From the NCBI RefSeq assembly GCF_964355755.1, contig NC_092673.1, positions 22,503,648 to 22,567,647 of the forward strand: a stretch of 64,000 bases of DNA, read 5' to 3'. Each line of letters starts with the position of its first letter. Within the stretch, counting starts at the first letter, position 1. Position numbers and translations under genes: made by a program. The stretch comes from Antedon mediterranea. Its lineage: Eukaryota > Animalia > Echinodermata. The notes below the pieces were generated by a model, which worked only from the letters and a program-made list of their open reading frames with translations, made no database searches and was not told the DNA's origin. Shown here one piece after another: positions 28,101 to 43,100 of the stretch.

Positions 28101-31100
28101 GAATGTAACAGATGAGCTCTGTTACGCATGAGTGACTCTGAATATTAGATCTGCTACACGAGAGACGTGAAAATGAGCTAAATTATAAATATCCTGAAAT
28201 TCACCACTTTGAAGCCGTAAACAATTATCAGACGTGACCATGCATCATTTAAATTTAGTTTCTCAACATATTTATAAATTGATACATTATATATTTGTAT
28301 TGTTTTTAAACGCCCATTATACTATAGGAATAACCTCTTTACAGTGAGTCATACTAATCAATACATAATTATCGAATGTTATTCAGAAGCTCTATTTTAG
28401 TTTAAAATATATTTAAACAGAACTAATTAGTTTTTAATTAACAAATGGTTATAATGACCTGGTATTAAGTTTGCATTAGAATGTTTAAGACAATTTGCTA
28501 GCCTATTAATTATGTATACCAGTCATCCATGCATGCTACAGACAATGCCATATATAGGTAACATTCTTGGATGGGAAGCTTGCTATTGTCTGCTGTTAAT
28601 ATTATTACACAGGGAATATATTCTGCTGGAGCAAGGCAATTGATATGCATAATAACTGGAAGGTTAATTTACGCCAACTCCTGTTTGGTGTTAATGAAAC
28701 GGAAATAAATTTTTGGGGTTCATTTCTATTTAAAGGCTAATATTACAGTGGTTGTATGATAATACTTTTAGTGAATAAATAATTCATCAAAATTATTTTT
28801 ACATAAAAACTTCAATATTTTTTATACATGGTACAAATACAGCATTTATACTAAATATCTAACAAATTCATATATACTCCCATCTTTGTATAATTACTAT
28901 TATCTGCATAATTAATAGTTTTTGGAAGACATTGACTGTCCTGTATTTATGTAAAAAAGAAAGCCTATAGTTCAGATTTTTATAAACCCTTACAGTTCTA
29001 TTTCGTCAGTGTACAGAAGATAGTGGAGGCATGGACCTACAGGACTATTAGGTCCATGGTGAAGTTTAATCAAAACATTTTTACAATTATTGTTACTTTT
29101 GGTTCAATTAATTAATTTATTAACAATTAATAGAAATTTGAATGCAACTTTTACCTACTACACAATCAATTAAAGTAGAATTTAAGTAGTTAATAAATAG
29201 TTAATTAATGGATATATTTTATGCATCCCGTAACTGGAGAGTTTGTGCACACGCTTTTCGATGCGTATGAAATTAAAAAAAATGTTGTGTTTTGTACTAC
29301 TGTATTTTATTTTTTAAAGATGAATAGTAAACATTTCTGATAGAAATGACAGACAGACAACCATCATCGCAAATGAATGTATATAATATTATGAATAATC
29401 AAATGTGTTATGAAAATTATCAATGTGTATGGAGATTTGAATTGCATGGGAGTGCAATGTAATTCTCCTAAAATAAACGATCTAATTCTTGAACTAATTG
29501 CTGTTACAGAAATAATCACCTGACACATTAAATAATTCTCCAATATTTAATAGTTCTATCTGCAGTCAAGTTTTAGAATGCTTGTTAAGGAAGCCAATGC
29601 ATCTGATAAAATCTGCTCAAATGAAAACCAGTTATCAGAATGTCCAATGAGATGGATAAGAAGCGGAAACAAAATGTAGGTAGAGCACCTGCACTACTTT
29701 AATTGATGTCTGAATTGTGATGATAGATTGATCCATTTACATTCAATCAGTGGGGTTATGCCTTTCAATTGGACATTATGCATTTCATTATAAAGAAAAA
29801 CAACTTCAGGCTGACCTATTGAGTTAGATTGATATGCATAACATTGGAGTGAAATCGTTGAACCTAAATTTGTTTTAATCGCCAATAACTAATTATCTAA
29901 CTCAATTTAATTAGTAAACAGGGTTACAATTACATCAGGTGGTTAAAATCAGTACCGAAAGTACGAACCAACTTTATATACCATCGAGTAAAAATTGTGC
30001 AATATACGTAACTTACATAAATTTATATATAGATAACTAATTAATTAAAATTGCATAATTTTATTCCATAAACTATTATTCTTTGAGAAGCATTTAAACT
30101 TTTTAATTGCATCAAAATTAATTCTAGTAAAACAAAGAGTTACTGAGAGGTTATTTCATGTGTAAGAGGGCGATATTTTAATAATTTGGGAAAATGTCCT
30201 CTGGCAGTGTAAATGCATGAAACTTGTGTCAATCCCTGGGCTATTTAATTGAAAAGTTTGATTAGCAATAATTGATAATCAAATAATCATAATTTTGTAA
30301 AACTGCACTTTTTGCTTTATCATCAATCAAGTATACAAGATACAGTACCTAGACATTACATGGGATTGTTTTTAGCTCCAGCTGTCAGTGTCAGAATGAA
30401 ACCTGAATAAGAATGTCGGAGATGAGAGAAAAGGATTCATACCATTTACTAGTTCCCCTTGCATTTTTAGCCAGCCATATATTACAAAAGAATGGAAATA
30501 TTTTACCTGTCTACCCAAGAATCACGATCCCAGCTACTTTCTTCACAGGCATTCAAAAGTCCATCATCAAATACATCATTAAGACACGGATTACTTGAAA
30601 TAGACCAGCTATCCTGGCCGACCATCTGCCGTGAGGGAGTTAAACGTCGTTCCGGGGGTTGAGATGATGACCTGTGTTTGCGTGACTTGTCAACTTTGGA
30701 GTAAATTGGTTCAGCCGGCGGTTTTGCACTTATTCTTGATAGTGAATCTAAAAACAAATGAATAAACAGTTTTCTATCATATTGGTTACCAACCACCCAT
30801 GTGTGAGTTGATGCAGGGTGACCCACACCTTAATTTTATCTTTGTACAAGATACATATATTCTGTATATCCTTACAACTCCCAAAGAATTGTAACAAGAC
30901 TTTATTTATTTGTTTATGTAGAGTATCTTGTGTATATGTTTGTTAAAAGGATAGTGAATGAATTCGCTTATGGTTATCCTTGGCAATTTGTAATATATAA
31001 AAACAAACAAAAATCAAAAGTCTGTGACAAAACAAAAGAATGTAATGTAATTATTACCTCTAATTGATGTGCCACTGTTGCTGTTGGATCTGTTTTTTCT

Positions 31101-34100
31101 CCCTCTGTCTAGACTAGATGATCGCCCTCTGTGAGAACTTTTGTTTGCCAAATACAACGACTTATCATCACTATCCTGACGAGAAAGACTAGATCGACCT
31201 GAGTGATTTGAACCCTTCTTTTTATGTGTTTTTGAATCAGTTTTACCATTGTTTAGGTCACAAACAGGGTTACTGTAGGAATTATAAGAACTATGTCTCC
31301 GTGGATGTGGATTTAATGATGGTGCAGTTCTTTTGGGTTCGCCTGGTTCTTTCAAAATAGATCCATTGTGAGAGGAAGTCCGCGAACGTGGCCGGCTGGT
31401 ACACCCATCAGAATCTGTGTCCTCAAATCTGACAGAGCGACATGGTGATTCAGTTCTGTTTGATTTACTATTTTGGCGCCCTCTGTAGGCTGGGTTACTA
31501 TAGTCTGAAGTATCGGAGAGAGATTCATTTATATCTGTGTTCATTGAGTCTTTATTGTGTTTTGAATGTGCGTTACTTCTTATAGGTGTATCCTGAAAAT
31601 ATTCATGTCTCACAGTTTCTGATTCCATTGTCAATGATTCTGTTGAACTGGAATGTTTTGGTCTTGCACCTTGTTCAAGCCATGAATCTACAAAATTTTC
31701 ATTTTGAGACCTGCGAAAAAAAGAACACATTGAAGTCATATGCTTAGCTTATTTAGGCGGATTGCCACCACCTAAAATTTAACAGCCATTTCTTTTTGAA
31801 AAAGCAGCAGCTGATATAAACTACTTTAAAAAGAATGACTATTTATATTTTTCTTTTTTATCATTTAATATATAATGCTTGATCCGCCCCTGGAAGAGCC
31901 ATACATATCTTCGTACCATGACTCGACAAAGTGAATGCAGACAATGATATAATATATACCACCAACAACTTATCTTTTAAATAATACTAGAACTTACTCA
32001 TCCGACTTGACGTATGGCTGTATGTTATGGTCTGCTTTCATTGGTCCCATAACTGGTTTCTTCACGGAGCCACTCTGTGATCCATGGGAATCTCGTCTTT
32101 TCTGAAGCATACGTAATGCCTCTCTCGAGGGCGCCAACTGTTTATGCTGTGATGATTCCCGCCTGTGAAGAGAGCAATGTTGGTACTACTCTAAATACTG
32201 TGTTTTTGAAGTTACAATATTTAAACAAAGTATATACACAGTAAAATATAATATTTGTAAACAGTGAACAAACTGTAATAATTACAACATTAATTGAATT
32301 GTGGGATGTTCCCACTTGAGGTTTGTGGACTGTACCATTTAGAGAGAGGGGTGTTCAATGAATTTTCTACTTTTCGAGTATATCTCGCTCTTCGAGGAGA
32401 AATATGGCATTTATCGGTTTATCCAGGTAAGCTAGGCACGAAATAGACTACAACATTAATTCAGTGAAAAATGATTACAAATAAAACATTTAAACAAAGA
32501 AATAATAAATAGTTTTGAAAAAGCAAATGTCACGTCAACAAAATTTATTTATTTCTTTAATGTAAAAGGTTCAATTATAATAAGTAATTAATTATTATTG
32601 AACTAGAACTTGGCAATGACTGACAGGACTGTAACAAGTGTTATCAATATCACAATATACCACAAATATAAACTTCTAAATTGCTTGTTTTGGCTTGACC
32701 AAACAAAGCAAAATTACAGTATCATATCATACTAACTATTGATCTGAACTACGAAAAGAATTTTAAAGTAAACTTCCCACAACAACACAATCTTCAGTTG
32801 AAAATTCAAGAGGTACCAAGGTACTGTAAGCATTGACACTGCAATTTTGACCACTCTATGTCCAACTAATTAAATTGCCCTATGACCAGATATTTACCCA
32901 GACCTGTGACAGCGCGTGTAAAGGACTTCCGTTTGTTTCAATTTAGCATTATTAAGTATGAATTACCTACAGTTACCATGATAATTGATATGCAACCTTG
33001 CTTAAATGAACCTACTGTGTATCTCCATCAGGATAAACGGTCTACGTCTATTATACTTACAGTACAGTACCAGACTTACACATTTGATATAAAAATAAAC
33101 GACGAACATCTGCCTGCATTCATTCTAAGACCTGCACAAGTGATCCATCACATCATAAACACATCAAATACTGGTATCAAGATCGTTGCTGACCAAATAT
33201 TTTCCGCCAGGAAATCCATGGATTTAATCCAACAACCAATTAGTCATCACCATACAGATGGAAGACACCAATTTATATTCCATGTTGACAATATTCCAGC
33301 ATCCTTTATATTCCCAACGGAATCGAAAACTGAACACAGCTTTCTAAAAGCATATGGGGTTTTACACTAATTGCTGAATAAAAACATGGAATGTGCTAAT
33401 GGCTCATCATTAACAAGTTCACAATGTTAAAAGAAATTATCTTGACATTTTCAAACACATCCTCAATCCATCCAGAACAATATGTTCAAATACTCAGCTT
33501 GTTGTCCACAAAATATCATAAACGTCTCAAATCTACATTTTATTTCCCAAAGGAAATGCATTCAATAAACAACTACCAGCTCATAATTAGATGTCCCTAA
33601 AAAGTAATTATCCATGAGATCAACATCATCAACAACGTTGTAATGACCAGTTATACTACTGTCTCTAATAATATCAAGACTTCTGTTTTAATAGCTGGTA
33701 CTCCGATAATTCAATGAAAGAATATTACGTTTTTTATGAATGACACTCAACTGAATGAAAAGTTGTTTTCAACAATGATTTTAACAATCTTTAATCCTTT
33801 GAGTGGCATACTGCAGTCAGTAAAGACAAATTTGAATATTGTACTTGAGAGTATTGAACAAAGTGTCCATAATCAACTTCTGCTATCAATATCCATGTAA
33901 AATCAGTTTTTAAATAATTCCAATTTACAGGAATCTTTTCCCAGAGCCCAATAAGCATAAATAGCTTCAATAGATTAGTTCCACTGACATACTGTACATA
34001 TAATAAGTTGCAGAGAATTCATACTCTTTAAGACTTAAAAATAGAAACGTTGACATTCCTTTTAAAATATTTTATGACCTAATTACCAATCTATTATATA

Positions 34101-37100
34101 GACACAATCTACCTAGATTTCTGAACTCTATAAGAACGGGATTAACTTTTATTGTATTTTACAAATTTAACAGGTTGATCGGTGACCTTATATTGCTAGA
34201 AAATGCTGATTGTTTATAATGCCAGTTGGGTCCAACCGGTCAACACATTATATTAGAAATCACCATGTATTAGCACATCAGGCCAGTTTTGAATAGGAGT
34301 ATTTAATCTTGGCTTGAATTTGGTCAGACTAAGATGTCAAGCGTTACCCGCTACGTCCACATATGTCAATCTAGGCTTATATTAAAACAAAATATATTCA
34401 GGCACGCACATCAAAGAATCGCAGAAACAAAAAACAATTTGGTAGTTAATTTATTTTAAATTGAACTACAAAATATACCTGTTGCTGGTACCGTGCCAAG
34501 AGTTATCGCTCCTACTAATTCCAGAGTCTGTGTCACTGTCAGCTGTGTGATAACCTACAAAATAATTATAATAGTGTTTCATAAATTATGCACTTGTTAA
34601 AAAAATTAAAAAATAAGGTACATACTATTGATATGTGTCACAGAAGAACAGACACAGAGCATACAGTACCGAACACGGTTATAGTACTCTTGTACTCTGT
34701 ACTATTGAGTATTTTTTTGTAAACCAAATCAGTATTGTCCCAAAGACTCAAACGAGATGACATTGGTTTCAACTCCGGCTGTTTCACACAAAAATTTGAA
34801 TAAAAAAATATAGGTAACTTCGCACCAGACATCATTGTTGTGTGAAAATTAGGTTTGTTTCTGCCAACAATTGTACTTCTATTTGAGATAAATATTGGGT
34901 CGTTTTGTACACCCATCTTCGACAAATCCAAGAACTATCTGATAATTATCTGAGGAAACAATACTAAATCACAAACTATAGTCTATTGCTACTGTAATCC
35001 TGAAGAACAACTTCCTGTCAGACTATTCAATTCAAAATGTTTCATTGAAATAAATAATAAACAATAAAGTCTGTGACTTCTGGGACTGCTGATACAGATT
35101 AATTGATAACACTTTGTAATTAAACAATGGCCTACTTGATTGACATATTAGTAAAAAATGTTTTAGCCTTCATTTTATTGGAAGTCCATAGAAGTGCAGA
35201 TTAGATAAAAATAGTAAAAATTAATAGTTGAACAATTCCCAAAAAATAATCTACAATTCAGCAAACCAGTTAAACAATACAAGCTCTCTAATTAATCTGC
35301 AATTAACCTGTCTGAATTAGTAAACGATTAAAACATTAACATGAACATTTTGATGATTTTATTTTTGCTAAACCACTGTAGGATATCCTTTTATGGGCAG
35401 TAATAATATATTTAAACTATTTTATGATCGTTTTTGACGACACATTTCCTTTGAATTGGGAAAAATAATGATACTGTATTTAGAGGAAAATCATATGAAG
35501 GATATCTAACCTTATTGAGGAAATTTATCAGGAAATATTAAAATAAACAATTATCTGTGTACAATACAATCATTAATCATCTTTACATAAACAAATCTTC
35601 ATATTAATATTTCATACATTCTTCCTTCCATTTTTTTATATCACTAAATGTATATTTAAATTAATTGGTGATTTGTTGTGTTCTAATTGTACTTTGTTAC
35701 ATAGAAAGCAAAATTGTGTAAAATCAAATTATTTTTAATATCTCATTGAACACAAACTTAACTAAGTTGAGTATTATATGGATTAAGAAAACAGGTGTAG
35801 CTTATGTGTTGGGCCTTAAAGTAGTTAAAAATGTGGAGTGACCAAACCGCTGAAAGATATGAAGAATAAAAGCCACAAAACAAAGGCAGAAAAGAGCTTA
35901 GATGGACCATTCAAACAATCTGTATGGTACTGTTACAATGGCCATTGTATGAAAATTTGAAATCTTTTGTTAACGTATTGCCAACAAATCAAATACATTG
36001 CAAGGGAGGTACCAAGATTTAAACTTATATATTAACTACTGAATTTTAAATAAGTTATTATAGATTTTGATTGGTAGAATAAATGTCTGTATACTAGGTT
36101 AAAATGGGAGGAAACAGACGCATCAAATATTCTAGCTTATGTGTATTTTCAAATAGATTATTGAATAGATAATGGATGGTAGAATAAATGCCTGTATAGG
36201 AAATATAATGCAACACATTTTATTTTTAACGGCTTAGGATAATTTTCTGTCCGAACGTACTTAATTTACTTGCTAACACTGTACTGTTTGGTAATTAAAT
36301 CATGCACGAGTTGCACTTCATACCAGGTTATTGTATTTTGAATTAACTGCACACAATTAATATTCACTGCTTTTGTCAAGTGTTTTGAACTGCACAATTT
36401 CTTTGCATGTTTCTACTTTAACACAGACTATAAACATTCAGAAACAACAATTTACCTTTCTTACCTCTACTACTAACAGCTTCCCTATTCTTTTTATTCC
36501 TTGACTCCACAAGACATCCACCACTAGCATGTCTTCTAAGTTGGTAGCTGCCAACATCTCTTTCACCAACCGATCGACAGCTATCAACTGATCTACTGGT
36601 TGATTGGCCAGTACCATCAATACCACTGTCTGACACATTATCAAATCCTGAATGTCCGGACATAATTTGCTTTAATTTATCAATGTTGGCTACCTCTTTA
36701 TGAATCCCATTTGTTGGCTTATCTTTGTCGGATGGATTTTCTGCCATTTTATCTTTTTCCTTGTCTTTATATTTTCCAAAAGTTGGACTTTGTAAAAGTT
36801 GTTTCATTCTTTCTTTATTCTCTCTCAGTCTATCCTTAACAGAGTTTGGACTTTCCGTCACTGACTTCTCTCCTTCGGATTCTGTACTGGACAAATTCTG
36901 TCTGCTTTGATTCAAAAGCAAACGCGCTGCTTCACGCAGACTTCTTGAATTGCGTGTAATACTACGTGGACTTTCGTTAGGTGGACGGGGTAAATATCGT
37001 GGAGACATATCATTGCATTTGCTTTGACCATTTTCTTCGGTCTCTGCAGTGGACGGACTCATGTCTTTAGCAGACTTTGTTGGACTTGTATCAGTACTAG

Positions 37101-40100
37101 TTTGATTTTTAAAGGCCTTTGGGAATTTTTGACGTAAATCCTCATAAAATTTTGATTTTAGTCTTGGATAGTCCGATGAAACAGTGGTTTTTTGCTGAAC
37201 ATCTTGGAGTTCATTTGGTTGTTGGTAGCTCACCTCTTGGTCATCCAGCAATTGTTGTTGGTATAGGTGCGATAATGTGGAATGACCATTTACCTGTTTA
37301 AAAATAAATTAATTATAGTTTATCTACAACAGCAAAATAATTATCAAAAAGATTATAATACTTACCAATATCAATTATCACTACTTTCATCTTATGTACC
37401 AGTGAAGAAAAATATTAAAAGGTTTAATAAGGTAGTGTACAAGTTATTTTTAGCTATAGTACGACTATAAAAACCAGTATGTTGGTAAATGTCAGCCAAG
37501 AGCTTCAGTTTCCATTTTACCTGTACAACCTTAAACACTGTAGTTTCCACATTGATGCAATTTCATTTCTCACATTATTAATTCCAATGCCTTAGTGAAA
37601 TCAATAAATAATCTCGCTGAGTTGGATTGTAAATCAACACTTATTCAATAGCAAGGCTTTACACCATCCAGTAGCTGATTTGATGAAAAAAAATCCTTTA
37701 TAAATGTACGATGTACAGCAATCAAGTTAAAATTCATCAATAATTCACTAAAAATAAAGTTTTCCCAGTGGCTTTCAACACGCAATATATATGTCCACAT
37801 TTCCATACGACGTACTACTGTAAATTGTACAGTAAGATACAGAGTAGCATCATACCGCTCTTGATAATCGCTTCAATTATTTCTAATAAAAAACATTTTA
37901 ATTATTAGGAAACGCTAAAGCCGGTGTCAGATTATCTGTAAAATATGCTTCTACGATCTCGATTTATGTTGCAGAATTAGTTAGGAGGTTTCCATTACTT
38001 TTTATAAATGATGCAATTTATACCCTGCATACTCCATTTCAATATCCCTATTACTCTAGTAGCTAGATCAACTTTCGTATGCACTTTGAGGTCCAGAGAA
38101 TTTGACTTCAGAAATTGGTTTAGGGTGGTCAAACAATCATATTTGGCTTGGTTACACATTTTGAAAATGTGGCGAAAGGTCAAAAGGTCAAGGTGAAAGG
38201 TCATAAGACCAAACATAAATATGTCCTTAAATCTCAACAACCACTGGTCACAACGAGGTAATTTTGGTCTTAAATTAACCGGAAGGTATACATTTATATT
38301 CAGTCTAATGGGACATTTTAGTAAAAAATGACCGGAAATGCCATTTCTGACCTTTGACCCACAACCCAGGGCATGTATGTATCTCCGTAACTACTGGTCG
38401 TAGACACTTGAATTTGGTTTTAAATTCTCCGAAATATATATTGTGTTATTTGTTACACATTTTGAAAAATGTTACAAAAGGTCAAAGGGTCAAGGTCAAG
38501 GGTTATTTGAACAAATAAAAAAAGGTACTTGTATCTCGGCAACCACTGGTCACAGCAAGTCAATTTTGGTCTCAAAATGTTCAGAAGGCATGCATTTATA
38601 TTCCATCTAATGGGGCATTTTAGTCAAAAATGATCAGAAATGCCATTTCTGACCTTTGACCCACATACCAGGGCATCTTCATATCTCTGTAAGTACAGGT
38701 CGTAGAAACTTAAATTTGGTATCAAATTGTTCGAAATATACATATTTACATTCAATGTAATAGAAAATGTGGTTAAAAGATGAACAGAAATACTATTACT
38801 AATGTTTCAAACAAAAAACATATCTACACAACTTATCCTTAGACAGTAATGTTATGCAATAACTGATACTTTAAATTGTTTTAATTTCAAGTACTAGTTA
38901 TTGCTGTCCCCGAGGACATTTTGATAGAAACGAATGCTAGAAGTAACTTGCCATATGTATCCGATTAAACGCCCCAGGCATTTATTGTTCAAAAGGGTTT
39001 TTAGGGGGAAAGGAGGCATCTTTATTTGGGGTATAATATGGTAACATGTATAATCAAATAAATACCACCTAGATGTAAACAAATACTGCACAATTAATAT
39101 AAAAAAGTGATAAAATTATGTCAAAATGCTTGGTAAATTGTAGATTATGGTAGTTAATGAAATGTGTTGATGTGATACAATTATTGAAATGCATGTGGCG
39201 GGGCGTTTATTCCACATGGTGTTCTATTGGAGGGAATGGTGGCGTTTATTTGAAGGAATACTCTAATTTTAATAATTGTATTTTGTTTCTCAACTGATAA
39301 AAGGTACTTAATACATGATTCGTTTTCCTCTTTATGCTTTTTAACGAAATGTTTCTGTCTTTTAAAATAAAAGTGATAGATTCCATTAAATGAATCTTCT
39401 CCTCCAGGTGCCAGTATAATGATATAAAACAATGACACATCATTATCCTGACACGATTGCACTCATAATGGATCTTCATTCTATAATCTATTTGTTTGTA
39501 ACTACAAATTTGACAACAATCTTTTGCATAGTTTTAAATGCCAATACATAGTTTCATTAATATTGTACAATATGTCCAGCTTTCCTGAAAACACCCTTGT
39601 GTACTGTAGTACAGTGTTGTAGTATGATTTTATCATGATAAACTTCTGATGCTTTTATTGTCAATGCATTCAGTACCTAAAACATGTCAAAGTTTCTAGT
39701 GGTATTGATAATAAATCTCCAGAAATATATATTGTTTTATTATCTACACTGGGAACAGACGTGTATATGTATAAGTTTTGTCGTTGACATTCAAAACTAT
39801 TATGCAACAGTGTTACGTAATAATGACAATGACTTGGTCTATTATTGTGGTCTCCGATACCTTTTATTATATGATTGTACTTCCACCAGGATAGAATGAG
39901 GTTTAATCTCGTTATTATTTTTATTATATATATATATTTTTTTCATATATATATCTGGGGTGTATTTATTAGATTATACATGTTACTATTATTACACCCA
40001 ACAAAATAAACGCCTTCCCTGAATAAATAAATGCCCGAGGCTTTTATTCGGGTAACTACAGTAAATTACTTTTAGCATTCTCAAAATGTTTGAACGTTCG

Positions 40101-43100
40101 GGGGTCAACAATACTTTCTAGCATTATTATAAGCAAAAGTACAATTATTACAAACAGTAAAGGATTTGTTTTAATTCCTATAATGAAATTATTAAGCATC
40201 AATTATTGCATAACATTACTGTCTAATGATAAGTTGGGTAGATATGTTTTTCATTTAAAAGATTAGTAATTAATAGTATTTCTGATCATCTTTTATCCAA
40301 ATTTTCTGTTAGAATGAATGTAAATATGTGTATTTCTAACAATTTGATACTAAATTTAAGTTTCTACGACCTGTACTTACAGAGATAAGAAGATGCCCTG
40401 GTATGTATGTCAAAGGTCAGAAATGTCATTTTCGGTCATTTTCGACTAAAATGTTTCATTAGACTGAATATTAATGTATACCTTCTGAACATTTTGAGAC
40501 CAAAATTTACTCGCTGTGACCAGTGGTTGCCGAGATACAAATACCTATTTGTGTTTATTCATATAACCCCTGCCTTGACCTTTTGACCTTTTGTAACATT
40601 GTTCAAAATGTGTAACAAATAACTAAATGTATATTTCGAACAATTTGAGCCCAAATTCAAGTCTCTACGGCCAATAGTTACGGAGATACAGACATGCCCT
40701 GGTTTATAGGTCAAAGGTCAGAAATGGCATTTTCGGTCATTTTCGACTAAAATGTTTCATTAGACTGAATATGAATGTAAACCTTCTGATCAATTTGAGA
40801 CCAAAATTACCTCGCTGTGACCAGTGGTTGTTGAGATTTAAGGACATAATGGTGTTTGATCTTATAACCTTTGACCCTGACCTTTTGACCTTTCGCCACA
40901 TTTTCAAAATGTGTAACCAAGCCAAAAATGATTGTTTGACCACCCTAAACCAATTTCTGAAGTCAAATTCTCTGGACCTCAAAGTGCATACGAAAGTTGA
41001 TCTAGCTACTAGAGTATATGTTTACTTGCAACTTGATAGTCAATCAGCTAATATACTCACAGTGCAACAGATGTTTTGAAATGAGATTATAATGATATGC
41101 AATATCAAAACTATTGTATTGTACTTCAGTTGTCTATTGAACAGTCAAGTACTAAGGGTTTGGAAAATAAGACCAGGGAAGAGTGAAATTACAATCAGCA
41201 GTGACTGTTTACCATTTAGCAAAAACTCTAAAAGGTGACACTGTAGGAATTAAGAATCTTCACTTTTAATTAAATTATTTATTTTATTAATTTCCACTAG
41301 CCAACAGTATACTCAAGGTTCACAAATAACAGGAGGTAATAAGAGGAAAAAACACAAAAAACAAAATCAAAGGCTGCCGTATTGTGTTTTTTTATGGTTG
41401 TAATTAAAATTTAATTAACTCAAAATATGATTCTGAATGGAATTTAAAATTATCAATGTCTACATCAAGTCAGGTCAAAATATTTCCTTCACTTGACGTA
41501 TAGTACATAATAATAATCAGGATGATTTAAATTTGTTTTTAATTTATTTTTTTACCAAAGGGTTATACAGAAATAAAAATGGTAAGATTAATTTGTCAAT
41601 GAGCACAAATTCAAAACAAATTTAGCAGTTACAAATTAAATAGTTATGCAATATACAGTAGTTGAAAAATGTATTGGAGTTAGATAGCTAATATTAAATT
41701 AATTAGTTATTGCTCTTCTCAGAGATACACTATGCATGAAATATGGAAACCAACCCACGATTTAAATTATTTACACATTATACTAATACAATAACTACCA
41801 AATTAGAACTACAACTTGAAGTTGCTTTTTGGGCTCAGTTTTTTTCCAATTTTATATAGTAAACATTTTATTCTAAACATGAAATGACTGCCCTGTGGCA
41901 GCTCTCTCAAAACTACCTTGAGATGGATTGCAAAGATTGTTGCTAATTAAATATCAAAAGAAAACTTCCTGCTAAATGCTACTAATAATTAGATTGGATT
42001 GGGAAAGCATCGTATTACCATGACAATAGGTTCAACAGTGAATGGGCAATAAAGCTTTGTCATATTCGTTTCTATTGGCATGATTATCATTATGCGATCT
42101 ACGACACAATTTAACTTTTAAGAATAATATTCCTTTTCTGAAATCTTGTAAAGATTTTTACAACACAGTACATGTTTCTAAATTATAAATATAATTAATT
42201 ACTGATTACAAACTGTTTGAATACAAGATGTTGGAACTTGAATAAAGTATAAATAATTTATTTTTTTAATTTATGATACTGTATTCTACAAATTACCATG
42301 GCAATGCTATTGATTTTTTGTTCAGAATACAGAATTAGATACATTTTATTTAGCATATGACTTGTATAGTATTTTCTTTATTACAGTGAGTATTTCTGCT
42401 AAATTAACATCTTTTCAGTAATAAAAAGACATATTTTTGTATATCAAAGTACAGTTTATTAAATAAATAATTAAGTACCATTTTATCCATTAGTTTTAAA
42501 CACTGAGAAATAAGTTGCATAGTTTAAAACACAAAAGATTTATAAAAAAAACGTTTGATGGAAAATTAATATCACATTTTACAAACTTTTGAATTTAGAT
42601 TAACCTGTATGTAGACAGTGAATATACTGATATAATTACTGATATAATTCTGATTCCCTTTCACTCCAAATAATGTCTTTCTCATGAAATAAAGTAAATA
42701 ATGACATACAAAGCAAACAAATGTGAGTCCAAATTTAAATGTTAAAGATGTATTGTCCCTTTGACTAATTCAAAAAAAATAAAAAATAACAGATTTCGAA
42801 AAAAGGTGGGTCATTTTGAAGTATCATAATAGTTATTAACTATCACCAAAAATTTGTTGAAAAAAAAATCATTTAACTGAAATACAGACGTTTTTTTGCT
42901 AAAAAAATAACTTTGACTTCCAGTCAAAGTTTTCGATCAAAACATATCCCATAATGAAACGCGTTTGTTTGGTTACTCTGTATGCATAATCATAAAACTT
43001 CCTCGCGATCTGTGTGAAAATACCTTCTCAACCGTGACGAGTTGTAAACAATCCTAATTAGCATCATGCATAATGTGTACTCGTGGTTTGAAATCTTTGT

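Noticed and set aside
37995-41079. Mirror-image ORF pairs at 38.0 kb and 40.7-41.1 kb
   Set aside because: Arise from the inverted arms; no DDE or other transposase motif.
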